From assembly GCA_965113315.1 (NCBI GenBank), contig OZ220373.1: a stretch of DNA of 64,000 nucleotides; one strand, written 5' to 3'. Made by a program: the position numbers and the translations under genes. Below the pieces are notes generated by a model that saw only the letters and a list, made by a program, of their open reading frames with translations, was not told the DNA's origin and did not search any database. This DNA comes from Podarcis vaucheri. Taxonomy: Eukaryota. How positions within the stretch are numbered: position 1 is the stretch's first letter; every line of letters starts with the position of its first letter. Positions 37,877 to 50,100 of the stretch are shown here, piece by piece.

Positions 37877-37914
37877 GCGACGTTTCGACGAGGTCTCACT
37901 CGTCATCTTCAGGC
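37877..37914 (-). ncRNA. Minimal type I hammerhead ribozyme motif, copy 3
   Basis: Identical core, exactly 210 nt from copy 2. Confidence 0.7.
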
Positions 37915-38225
37915 TGGTGCTTTCGGCTTCTTGTTACTGGAACAGAGCAGAATCTGGTGTTTGAGTTTCTATAAATACTGTTGAGGGGTGTGGTGTATAG
38001 CCTCCAACGTTCTGGGCAAAGAGGAAGTTCCTAGATTAGTGTGCCTTTTCTTCTTTTGTTCCTTAATTACTTGAGGGATATCTTGAGTGATTTCATGTGT
38101 GATATTCTGAATAGCACTGGGTGGGTCATTAAGTGTAGATTAGTTGCTAAAGCTTTCGTGTCTTGACCTCTTGACCTCAGAAAAACTCTTCACAAGCTCA
38201 AGCCTGAAGATGACGAGTGAGACCA

Positions 38226-38226
38226 C

Positions 38227-38272
<46 letters not shown>
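38226..38272. repeat. (AT)n(GT)n microsatellite
   Basis: Visible run abutting the truncated fourth hammerhead copy (38204-38224). Confidence 0.9.
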
Positions 38273-38274
<2 letters not shown>

Positions 38275-39128
38275 GCCAGCTGAACAAAAAGCTTTTCACT
38301 TGCAGGGGCTTGATGTGGACAGAAATGTGTTTATATGACACTGATAGTAATTAGACATTGGTGAGAGGTCAAGGGGCAAGACCCACATAGCATTTCCAGG
38401 AAAAAGGGATGTTCTTAGTTACCTGGTTTGCTTATAATAAACAATAATTTTCTTTCCTCTTTGTTGTATAACCATTAACCTTCCTTTATCAAAATTTTCC
38501 TTAAAACCATTTCCCCCCGCCCTGCTTTAGGGAGAGACAAATTGCCCTCATTCAAGAAGTAAGCAACCTATCGACTCGTTTTGGCGTAGTGCTCACAGTT
38601 GTAGTTCCTGTTGTCATATTTAGTGAGAGAATTAAGTAAGGGAGTGCACACTGATTGTGTAAATGAGAAACAAAGCATAGGAAATTCTCATTTGGAAGTA
38701 AACTCTTTGTGCTTTAAGTCCAGGAGAGTTAGTATCTTTTAGGTGGCATTGTTCTGCTAATTGAAATTAATTGAGCTAACTTAGTCATGTTTATTAATTT
38801 CAGTGGGTCTTCTCTTAAGTTGAACCTAGTTGTACACACTTTCGTTTAGAGTGATCATGACTGTGTTATTTTGTGTCTGTGGAAATTTACAGAGATAACT
38901 ATAAATAGAAACAATGAAAAGACTAATTTGCTGCTGAAAAAAGCTTGGAAGGCTTAAAGCTTTTTACAGACTCATTGGGAGTTGGATTGAGTTTTCTTTC
39001 AGCAGAACAGAGTGTTGGGGCCTTCTGAAGGTCTGAGAAAGTGATTTCTTAATGATATATTTTCAGGTTCTCCAGGCGGAGGGTTGGGGATCAGCACCAG
39101 TCCTGCAGAAAATATGTGCTTCAGAGTA

Positions 39129-39381
39129 CAGTGGTGCCCCGCAAGACGAATGTCTCGCAAGACGAAAAATTCGCTAGACGAAAGGGTTTTCCGTTTTTGT
39201 GTTGCTTTGCTAGACGAATTTCCCTATGGGCTTGCTTCGCAAGACGAAAACGTCTTGCGCTTTTTTTTTAAAGCCACTTGAAGAGGCGCAGTTGCGACGG
39301 ACCGTGCTTCGCAAGACGAAAAACATCGCAAGACGAAAAGACTCGCGGAACGAATTGTTTTCGTCTTGCAAGGCACCACTG
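39129..39381. mobile_element. pogo/Tigger-like MITE
   Basis: TA-CAGTGGTGCCCCGCAAGACGAA ... TTCGTCTTGCAAGGCACCACTG-TA; repeated GCAAGACGAA motifs. Confidence 0.9.
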
Positions 39382-40953
39382 TATAGTTATTCATAGCCCG
39401 AAAGCTTCAGGACAGTTTGTTAGCAGATTAATATGTTTGTGACTGTACTTTTCCATCATTGATGTGAAAATATTGATTTTTTTTCACTGAGATATATTTG
39501 GTATTCTAAATGTACTGTTAAAGAAGCCTGCACTGTTCCAACCGACCAGCCCTATCCTCTGTCAAAATGAGCCTGTACTTCTTGAAAATGAAGATAGTAC
39601 TAAAAGCGTTCAGATCCCGCGCTAAAAAAACAAAAGGAAACAGGTAGTTGTAGAAACAACATTCCTTCTTGGACTAGATTTAATATTTCCTTTCTGAAAG
39701 CTTGGTGTTGGTTGGTTTTTATGTAGATGTTTATAGCAGCTTATTGGTCCTGTTCATTATGGTATTCCATAATTTTGGGGAATTTTGTGCAATTCTATGC
39801 CGAAATGTGTCTGATAACTTCCATGTATCCTGAATTCTACATGGACAGATATAATGAAGTTTGCAATGCTGTATGAATGAAGGAAGAGTGATATTAAATT
39901 CATTACCTTAAATGTGTTTTGGGAAAGTCGCAGAAGGGCAGTATTTTAATTTTTTTGAAAGCTGAATATATTGATGTTTGCCTCTTGTTTTAAAGAAGTA
40001 ATCTGTTTTTGATGAATATTTATTGTAATTTTATTAGGCAGAAATAAATAAATAAATTGAGGAAATGTGTGCCTTTTTCAGTTGTACTCAGTGCTGCAGT
40101 AGTGCATAGATATCTTGAGCACCTAAAATAGGGTGCTATGAAATTAGAAATAAGTTCTGTTCTGTGCAGGTCTAGTACCTTAAGCGTATGGCGTTTTATT
40201 CTGTACAAATAATACCTGCAGATCATCATTCTGGGACCATTGCCCACTTACGGTATAATACTCTACATATCTCCTCAGATTTGAGTCCTATGTAAGTGAA
40301 TATACTGTATAATTGCAGCCTTGAAGCCGATTCTTGTTTTGTGCGTTTTGCCCTGCTCTCTGTCCAGATTGTGTGGTTCTTTGTATGTGATTGGTTTAAA
40401 CATGTTTTATGCCAAAGGGAAGATGTGTAGTTTAGATAACAGAGGCTGATGTAAACAGAAACTGTTCAGAGGACTGAAATAAATTGGCAAGCTTTGAATA
40501 AGCTATATTCAAAATTTATTGACTTTAAACACTATCAGAGCAGTTGCAGCACAGCACATGAAAGACACACAAAACTTTTTGTATTGGAGAAGGAAGAAAA
40601 CATGGCCATTTTGAAGCAGAAAATAATTTTGGTAGTCCAGCTAGTCCACCAACTTAAGTAACAAAAATTCCCTTCAGCATGCTGTTGGATATTTGTCTTC
40701 CGGCTCAAGACATTTGCAGGTCTTGTCTGAATTACTTCACTGAGAGGCTGAGGTATTGCAGTGTGCTTTGGTGCGATTAACAAACCCTGTTCTTGCAAAT
40801 TTTAGTCCAGCTGCCAATAACACTAACAAATAAATGGCTTCAGGTGACCAGAAATCTTGGAAGGTGGTTTAGCATGATAAATTTTGGGAGTCTGATTTGT
40901 ATGTTGGGTCAGGGCGTGTGAGGGTTAGGAAAAGGACCTAGATTGTCAAAGGG

Positions 40954-41124
40954 CAGGGCCGGCCCTCCAGTGAGGCAAGTTGAGGCAGCTGCCTTGGGGG
41001 ACAGAAACCCCAGAGGCAGCACCTGCTGCATCACCCAAGTATGTGAGGTTTTGGCGGGTGATGGGTGGTGGGGCAGCACCTTCCCGTTTGTCCTCAGGTG
41101 GCGAAATGGGATGGGCCGCCCCTG
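40954..41124. mobile_element. hAT-like MITE, degenerate
   Basis: CAGGGCCGGCCC ... GGGCCGCCCCTG inverted ends; TSD poorly preserved. Confidence 0.55.
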
Positions 41125-41309
41125 TCAGGACTCAGAAGGCGAAGCCTTTGGCAGTCTGGCCAAATCTGTCTGAGGACTGAGGTGAAAGTGAAGGCTGGGG
41201 AGGCAGTGGGATAGGTGAAGACGGGGAAGGTTTTCAGGGCCAGAGAACACACAGGCAAATGATAGCTGGGGAGGGGAAATTGATGGAAAGGTAGGGATTG
41301 GGTAGGAAC

Positions 41310-42016
41310 CAGTGCCGGATTTACGTATAAGCTAGACAAGCTATAGCTTAGGGCCCCACTCTGTTGGGGGCCCCCCAAAAAATTAAAGAAAAAACAACTG
41401 GGTGTACATTTCCAAAATATAAGATAAAAAACAAATAAAATAAAACCTACATGCAGCAACAGTGTTTTGTGTTGTGTAGGCTGCTATGATGTAAGTCATG
41501 AGTCCTGCCTGCTCCCTAAAATACCACTGGTTAGCTCATTTCTATATACAGTCATACCTCGGGTTACAGATGCTTCAGGTTGCATTTTTTCGGGTTACGG
41601 TCCCGCTGAAACCCGGAAGTACCGGAACAGGTTACTTCTGGGTTTTGGGGGCGTGCATGTGCAGAAGCACTAAATTGTGCTTTGCGCATGCGCCGAAGCG
41701 CCAAATTGCAACTCCCGTGTGCGCAGATGTGTCGCTGCGGGTTGCGAACGCTGTGGGTTGCGAACGTGCATCCCACACAGATCACGTTCGCAACCCAAAC
41801 GTCCACTGTATAGGGTGCCTGCATTCTCCATGGACTGGTTGCATGGCAACATGCACAAATGGCTTCAGATACCTATTAGGTCCCTAAATTACCATATAGC
41901 ATACATTCAACACAAAAAACAGCGACAATTTGTTGTTGACAAAGGACAGCTAGACATATAAAGGGCCCCATTAAGTTCAGTAGCGTAGCACCTCATCAAA
42001 CCTAAATCCGGCCCTG
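41310..42016. mobile_element. hAT non-autonomous element with nested MITE
   Basis: TIR CAGTGCCGGATTTA / TAAATCCGGCCCTG; perfect 8-bp TSD GTAGGAAC. Confidence 0.9.
41549..41808. mobile_element. pogo/Tigger-like MITE (nested)
   Basis: TA-CAGTCATACCTCGGGTT ... AACCCAAACGTCCACTG-TA. Confidence 0.85.
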
Positions 42017-43512
42017 GTAGGAACCAGTTGCAGTTTGAGCACGGCCAAGAGCCAGCAAATGTTCTTGGGCACCAGGAAGCTTGTGGCTTTTGATAGGGAG
42101 AAGGACGGCTACATATTTGTCTGTGGCAGATGATCCTGGTGGCATGGTCAGTTATGACAGACAGGGTCATATCTGATAGTGCAGCCTGCCCAAAGCAATA
42201 GGTACGACGCTGTGATATAAGTCAAATTTGTATTGACTTGTACAATGTGTGTTGATCTACTTGGATGTCCTGTGCCCTTATATAATAATTGTTGGCTGCA
42301 TTAAGAATTACTCTGTGTAATGATTTAGAGTAAGAGGGACCATTGTGGTGTTAATCTTAAATAATGAAATAATCTTAAAATCGGGAGGGTGGAAGCTGCT
42401 TCGAAGGTCACATTTTGCTGTGTAATTTTCCTATGGCAGCACAGATTAAGTTTTTTTAAAAGGTTTTTTTATGGCATACCAAATTAGCTGTTTACCACTG
42501 AAGTGATGATGCATTGAAGGGTGAAATAATAGCCAGCTGTTGTCTCTCTTCCTGAAGCACAGGCTCTGTGTGTACTGCAAAAAACCCAGAGAAAATCACA
42601 AAAAGGGAGGCCCATAATTGCCCCACAAACTTAAAGTACAAATGCCAATATTGCAAGACATCACTTACCTCCTACTTCCTATGACTATTTTTTACTTAAT
42701 GGTAAGAAAACCATTTTTAAAATAGTGTACAGACTTTTGTCAAATAGAATCCAAATACTTGTTTTTTTAAAAAGCTTCAGAAAGCATTCAGTTGTAACAG
42801 ATGTAACAAAAAACCAGTCTATGTGTATAGGTTCATTTTTTTGAAATTGTTTTTGTTTCATATCCTGAAGATTTATTTTTAATTTTTACCTCTATATTTG
42901 CCTGCATCTGTCTTTGATTTTAGAAAGCAAACTCTGCCATGGATGCATGACTTCCTCTCTACAAATGCAGTGTGTACAGTTGTATTGGTCTGTATCTATG
43001 GCTCAGTCACAGTCTTAGTGTGTTGTGCAAATGAGGCCTCTGTGTATGCTAAGTGTCGTTTGGAGAAAGAAACTGAACATCATCTTACTTGACTCGAGAA
43101 CTTCTGAAATATTTATTTCCCAATGATGATTTCTCATGGGCCACAGCTGATAATAGACAACATGCACTTTCTTTTCCCTAAATGACTGGTGGAGAAGCAA
43201 GGCAGCAGTGCATTAACACACAAGTTTCTTTAATTAAATATTGAAGAACCCTTCATTACAAACTCAATGTTGAGTATTCCACTGCCCCTCTCCGGGTAAC
43301 CTTAACTCATTTGGAATTTTGCTGGGTGAATAAAAAAGTTAAAGAGCTTTCAAACAGGTTTTTTTGTGTGTGTATTTTTGGTGGCACATGCAATGGTATT
43401 GAATTGAGATGCGTTTCTGTAGAACGCTCTTTGATGTTTAGATGCATCACATATCTTAACTCAATACTAACAAAATTAGTTGGGTTATTCTTTACTTTTG
43501 GAATCGAAATAA

Positions 43513-43749
<237 letters not shown>

Positions 43750-44588
43750 TAACTGTGCACTATACGATGTCTTTCACAATGCCTAGGTTTGTTTAAATGT
43801 AATTAATGCCCTGTTTTGCAGAAACACAATTTAAACACATTTCTGAACATTTATAATCAGATTTGAGTGTGTGTCTGGTAACCTACAGATAAGGCATAGT
43901 TACGGTATGCATGCTTCTTCCAAAGCGAAACCTTGTTGCTTGAGCTGATGCATAACAATCAATATATATTATTGATATTCATAGGGTTGCTTTTGTAGGA
44001 GAGAGTGTTGATTTTTTTTATCATTAGCATGGAAAATCAATGAATTCTGCTGGAAAGCGGCTCTGTTGGGTTCTCCCTTCCCCCTGACCTTTTGGAGGTC
44101 AGCCTGCTAAATCAATTTAACATGAATAACTAATGCAGACGCTGAACCTGGGAATGCATTGTCTCTTGTAAACAATTCTGTTTGTAAAACTGCACTCCTT
44201 ATCCGCTTGTGTTTTTTTTGGTTTGTGGTATAGTTAGGTGGTGGTGGTATTTGCAGTAAGCCTTTAAAGATTGTGGAGGCTTGAATGCCAAATAAATAAA
44301 CTAGAAGCTGAAGTTCACCTCTTCTGTATGCCACGCCATGTTCTTTGTTCTCTTTATGAGGGTGAGCTTTCAAAGCTAATTGCATGTCTATTGCACATAC
44401 ATAGAAAATGACAAGAAGCAATGGAACTTTTAGTTGTTTGAATGATTATTGGTAGCTTAAACAAGCAATCTGCTCTGTGAAGTTCCAGTAACTTTTAAAA
44501 TAAAACATTTTTCTACCAATCGTAGCCTTATGATGTTAGATTAGAAACGCACATAGCAGCTGATTTGGCCAAGGTAACACCGCTTGCA

Positions 44589-44956
44589 AGGGACGCGGGT
44601 GGCGCTGTGGGCTAAAGCCTCAACGCCTAGGGCTTGCCGATCGAAAGGTCGGCGGTTCGAATCCCCGCGGCGGGGTGCGCTCCCGCTGCTCGGTCCCAGC
44701 GCCTGCCCACCTAGCAGTTCGAAAGCACCCCCGGGGGCAAGTAGATAAATAGGTACCGCTTACCAGCGGGAAGGTAAACGGCGTTCCGTGTGCGGCTCTG
44801 GCTCGCCAGAGCAGCGTTGTCACGCTGGCCACGTGACCCGGAAGTGTCCCCGGACAGCGCTGGCCCCTGGCCAATAAATGTGAGATGGGCGCACAAACCC
44901 CAGAATCTGTCAAGACTGGCCCGTTCGGGCAGGGGTACCTTTACCTTTACCTTTTT
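44589..44956 (+). mobile_element. Full-length young Sauria SINE
   Basis: Intact CpGs, B box GGTTCGAATCC, (ACCTTT)n tail; perfect 14-bp TSD TAACACCGCTTGCA. Confidence 0.95.
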
Positions 44957-45351
44957 TAACACCGCTTGCAGCTCCTGGATGCCATTTAAAGCAAGAGACA
45001 CTCATTTTTAAGTGATCTGTTTTAAAGCAAATAGTGATAGGCAATTCTGAAGTGAAAGCAGCAATACAAGGCAGTGTGTTTATGCTGGAATATTTTGTGG
45101 TTCTCTGCCAGTGAAAGGTGTGTACTCCTGACCTGGAATACCTTAAGCATGTGAAGCAAAGCTGTGGAATGCAACAGCAAAAACTTTCCTATACAAATTA
45201 GAAGAAAGGCATCAGCTTGCATAAATTGTAAACTGGTTCTGTATGCAAATAAAACTCTTAAATATGGACTGGTCTTACTGAGAAAGCAAGGCATTGGCCA
45301 CAGAGTGTGAGAGCAATCGTTTGGTATTATGAATAGCAGGCACTTATAGGA

Positions 45352-45494
45352 ATAACTACCTGACGTTTAGAAGACATCTGAAGTCAGGCCTGTTTAGGGA
45401 AGTTTTTAATGACTGATGTTTTAATATATTTTTAATCTTTGTTGGAAGCCGCCCAGAGTGGCTGGGGAGACCCAGCCAGATGGTTGGGGTATAA

Positions 45495-45536
<42 letters not shown>
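45352..45536 (+). mobile_element. L2 LINE 3' end with (TTA)n tail
   Basis: AACTACCTGACGTTTAGAAGACATCTGAAG...GGAAGCCGCCCAGAGTGGCTGGGGAGACCC; reverse complement of 36237-36410. Confidence 0.9.
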
Positions 45537-45537
<1 letters not shown>

Positions 45538-46230
45538 CCAGGAACAGAAATTCTTAGATTTAACTACTGAAAGCCTCCTTGTTTTCGTCTAAAAGAATGG
45601 CTTCCATTTCATTGAATGTGTCATTAAGACTCAACAGCTTAAGCATAACAGAATTTAAGAGGCTGCCTCTTTCTGTGTCTCATTACAAAATTTGAGAACC
45701 ACCAAGAGCACCAACAAAGAAGTAGTCTTAATGGCTGCCCTCATGTTGTAGAACATCTATTGCCAGCTTGCTAAAGTCAAAGCCTGAGCAACTTTCAGAA
45801 GTCTTGCAGGACCTTCTGCTTTGGCAATCAGAACCCAGAGTTAAGGGTGGGGAAGCAGTAGTGCATCTAGGTCATTTGAGACTTTGGGCTGTATCCAGTG
45901 TTCTCTGTCCACTAGCGCAAGGCGTCCTGCAGTAGCAGATGGGTGACTTTTAATGTTATGTAACAGAAGAATCCAATGCAGCAGTTGCACTAGCAGAAAC
46001 TGGTTGTGCAACAGATTGAGTGATTTAAACCGGGAGATGGAGGCACTAGAAGAACCTTTGTTTTCTTTTTGCTACTTCATTGTAAATAAAATAGTTGTGC
46101 CTTACATCATTATAATGCTTTTTTAAAAATAAGATGCTTGTCTCCTGTGCACACTCCCTTGCAAGGCATTGTAAAGGCTTTGGCTTTTACGGAGAGCCAC
46201 CACCTTGTCTGACCAGTAGTTGGCAAAATA

Positions 46231-46641
46231 CCGTATTTTTCGTCCCATAGGACACTCCGTCCCATAGGACGCACCTAGTTTTTTGGGGGGGAAATAAATG
46301 AATTTCCCCCCCTTTATTTCCCCCCCAAAACCAGGTCGGGGAACAGCGGTATGGCGGCGCTGCGCCTCCCTGCTGTCCCCTGAGCTTGTGGGGTTGGCAG
46401 ATGTCTGCCCGGCGCGCGGGGCAGCAGGCTACTATCCGCAGCGTGGGGAGCCCTGTGGGAACTCCCACAGGGCTCCCGACGCTTCGGATGGCTGCCCAGC
46501 GCGAGGGGCGGCAGGCTGCTATCCGACCCCTCTCGCTCTCCCAAACTTCAGCGAAAGCCTGTATTCGCCCTATAGATGCACACAGATTTCCCCTTCATTT
46601 TTGGAGGGGAAATAGTGCGTCCTATAGGGCGAAAAATACGG
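46231..46641. mobile_element. Tc2/pogo-like MITE, CpG-rich
   Basis: TA-CCGTATTTTTCG ... CGAAAAATACGG-TA. Confidence 0.88.
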
Positions 46642-46736
46642 TACTTTCTCCATACCTATGGTAACTTTTGATTCAATGATCAAGCTCGGCAATTCAGGTG
46701 CTTTCTCGTTAATTCTGAATACCTTTGTTTCTCTGA

Positions 46737-46850
<114 letters not shown>

Positions 46851-47269
46851 TAAGTATAGCTCCTTCCCACCCATGTGATTGATTTCTCAATTTTTCATTC
46901 TCTTAAAATATTGACTGCTGTGTAGCATCATTGCCTACTTTCAACCCATGGTGCAAAGGGTCATGAGCACTCATTGAACCTTTGCCCTTCCTCCTCCTTT
47001 CATCAGAAGGAGATGTCAAGAGATCAACCAAGAGATTCAAGGTTGTGGCCAACTGAGCCCTTTGTGCATGCAGAACAACTTCCCAAAGCACATCAGAGCT
47101 TCCTCTGGTTTGCTTCCTTCCCTTCCCACTCACAGCACCCCTAAAATCTACTCCAGAGATTTTGGGGAACCCCAGAGCAGATTTGAGGGTGCGCTAAGAG
47201 GAGAGGGAGGGTTGTTGGATCCTTCTATCTCAAGAGACGAAAGAGCACACCTCTAGGAGTGAAGTCAAA

Positions 47270-47850
47270 CTGCTGTGTTAGCCCGGGACACAAGCCTGGG
47301 CAGTGTGTATGGAGGTCCTGGCCTGCCCAGACAACAAGACCCCTCTCTCAGCCTTGATGACACTGTCCAAAGGAAAGCAGAACAATGCATTTGACACCAG
47401 CTTGGCTGCAGTAGTTGCCGAAAGGAGGCATGCAAGACGCCATCCATCCATCCGTCATAGAGACTCCACTCCAGATTTGTGTAGGGTTTACTCCTGACCC
47501 TTTTCTTTTCCCAAAGATATCCTGTAAGGCAGTGGATGTTTGAGATGAGAGTTTTCCTTCTCCTATATGAGCTCTGTTCCCACTGTTGGACCCACTATTG
47601 GTCCCTTCCACTCAATCAGCCAGACATGCAGGGGAAATCCTCAACTTACTGAGTGTTTGAGAGCCATCAGATACTCTCACTTGGTTTAGCTGGCCAGCCC
47701 AAGGTGTGGCTGCTGTTACCTGCTGACAGCTTCTAGGAGCCACAGCCGAGAGCTGAATGCAAGTGGAGACCAAACGTGGACAAACTGCCCCAAAAGGACC
47801 ACGGTGTGCTACCACCAGAGGTACAACCCCTCCCCTAACATGCCATTGCA
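47270..47850. mobile_element. Interspersed repeat, probably RTE-clade LINE 5' region
   Basis: GGAGGTCCTGG...GGGTTTACTCC...GAGTTTTCCTTCTCCTA resembles recalled reptile RTE-type 5' UTRs; no ORF support. Confidence 0.4.
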
Positions 47851-47904
47851 TTTGCTGAAGTCATTCTGTGCAGACCTGCAGGTATAGGACAGAATGTAAA
47901 TTCA

Positions 47905-47906
<2 letters not shown>

Positions 47907-47941
<35 letters not shown>

Positions 47942-47953
47942 TAATAATAATAA
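47907..47953. repeat. (TAA)n microsatellite
   Basis: Visible run. Confidence 0.9.
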
Positions 47954-47994
47954 ATTTAATTAAATTAGTCGGATACAGTCATTGGTTCATGTGA

Positions 47995-48129
<135 letters not shown>

Positions 48130-48993
48130 TAAATAAAAGCCATAACTGGTTTTGTGTGATACTGCATATATAGGCTTCCCTATAACGGCTTTTTAAGCTA
48201 ACAAAGTTTACAGGAACTCAGTTACCTGTTTTCATACAAGTACGACAGATCAGAGGGTTGAGGTTTTTTGCATTGCGAAACATGTGCACTGTTAATGATG
48301 TGTTAGAAAAACTGGCAAAAATATAAGTTGACTACACTTACATTCTGTGTGGGGTAACTGGAACCAGTTTTTCTGCCTTTCAGTACCAGCTGGAGTGTAG
48401 AAATGATAATTGGCAAGATGTTTCTGTGGTCTGTTATTAGTTTAGTAAATTCTATTATTAGTTGATGAATGGTAATACGGGAACTACAAAGCTAAATAAA
48501 TGCCCAGTTCCTGTAATCTAGTGCAACATATAAGCACAGGTTGTTGCTGTGAAGTGCACGGCACCAAGATTATACTGCTGACCTTTGAAAAACTTGTTCA
48601 GCGTTGATTTCTGGTATTCTTTTAATTACATGTAATGTAATGTTAGCACACAACGTCGTTTCAGAGTTGAAGTTGTTGTGAAAGTGGCAGTACCTGCAGC
48701 TGTGCACAAGCTTAATGGTCAGCAGGGAGGTGAATGCTAATAATAATAATAGCAGTTTTGCTAGGAATTGCTAGGAATTTCCCAATCACAAGGCACCCAC
48801 TGGCTTTGTTAAGAACAAAGCTTGCACTAGCAGAACAACGGTTGTTTGAGTGGGCTACTGCACCCATAGTTTTTATTATGGGATGCTTTTTTAAAAATAA
48901 ATAAAAATCTGTTCTTATACAAAAATAGAGTGTACCTATGGTCTGAAAGCAGATTCTGCATTGTGGATCAAGCACACACATCCAGAGTACTAA

Positions 48994-49540
<547 letters not shown>

Positions 49541-49674
49541 TAAATGCTTCTATTTCTGCTCTGGACAGATGGTGTTTAAAATCTGCTTGCTTAAGGGCTT
49601 TTTCATATGACACGTTTACTATGCCTTGACTTAGTCTGATACAGTACGTGCAGATAGGGAATGTCTAGTTTTTA

Positions 49675-49679
49675 GCGCG

Positions 49680-49713
<34 letters not shown>
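49675..49713. repeat. (GC)n(AC)n alternating purine-pyrimidine tract
   Basis: GCGCGCGCGCGCGC followed by (AC)n. Confidence 0.9.
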
Positions 49714-49717
<4 letters not shown>

Positions 49718-49853
49718 AACCTTTTCCTGGTTTTGTTCCTTCCTTTTGGAAAAGGTGGATTAATACATATTTCTTCCTTAGTTTCATGACCTATCACCAA
49801 TGTTGCTTGTTTAGCATTTCAGCTGCTTTGAGAAGGGGGAATGTCTATTTCTA

Positions 49854-50100
49854 AGCCAGTGTGGTGTAGTGGTTAAGAGCAGTAGACTCGTAATCTGGTG
49901 AATCGGGTTCGCTTCCCCGCTCCTCCACATGCAACTGCTGGGTGACCTTGGGCTAGTCACACTTCTCTGAAGTCCCTCAGCCCCACTCACCTCACAGAGT
50001 GTTTGTTGTGGGGGAGGAAGGAAAAGGAGAATGTTAGCCGCTTTGAGACTCCTTCGGGTAGTGATAAAGTGGGATATCAAATCCAAACTCTTCTTCTCTT
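49854..50100 (+). mobile_element. tRNA-derived SINE, Squam3/MIR-like
   Basis: A box TGGTGTAGTGG, B-box-like GGTTCGCTTCC, core GGGTGACCTTGGGCTAGTCAC, CTT-rich tail. Confidence 0.85.

Larger units (their letters stand above)
37433..38224 (-). mobile_element. Penelope-like element (probably Poseidon-type) remnant with tandem and inverted pLTRs
   Basis: Minus-strand pLTR copies at 37614-37736 and 37824-37975, the latter extending to about 38180. They are separated by the ORF N-terminus RENLRKQISHLYGEETFQLTRTYEKL. Inverted copy 37433-37584. Embedded in (TA)n. Each pLTR carries a hammerhead core. Confidence 0.85.

Noticed and set aside
37433-37975. CRISPR-like repeat array
   Set aside because: Vertebrate DNA; repeats exceed 120 bp, have mixed orientation and lack unique spacers. 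Explained by Penelope pLTRs.
39067-39126. Possible extra WDR7 5' UTR exon after ttttcag
   Set aside because: The acceptor is plausible but there is no good donor, and a MITE follows immediately.
47525-47590. HDV-like ribozyme in the RTE-type repeat (GAGTTTTCCTTCTC)
   Set aside because: Only a P3/L3-like stem-loop is visible. I could not build P1, P2 and P4 in this degenerate copy.
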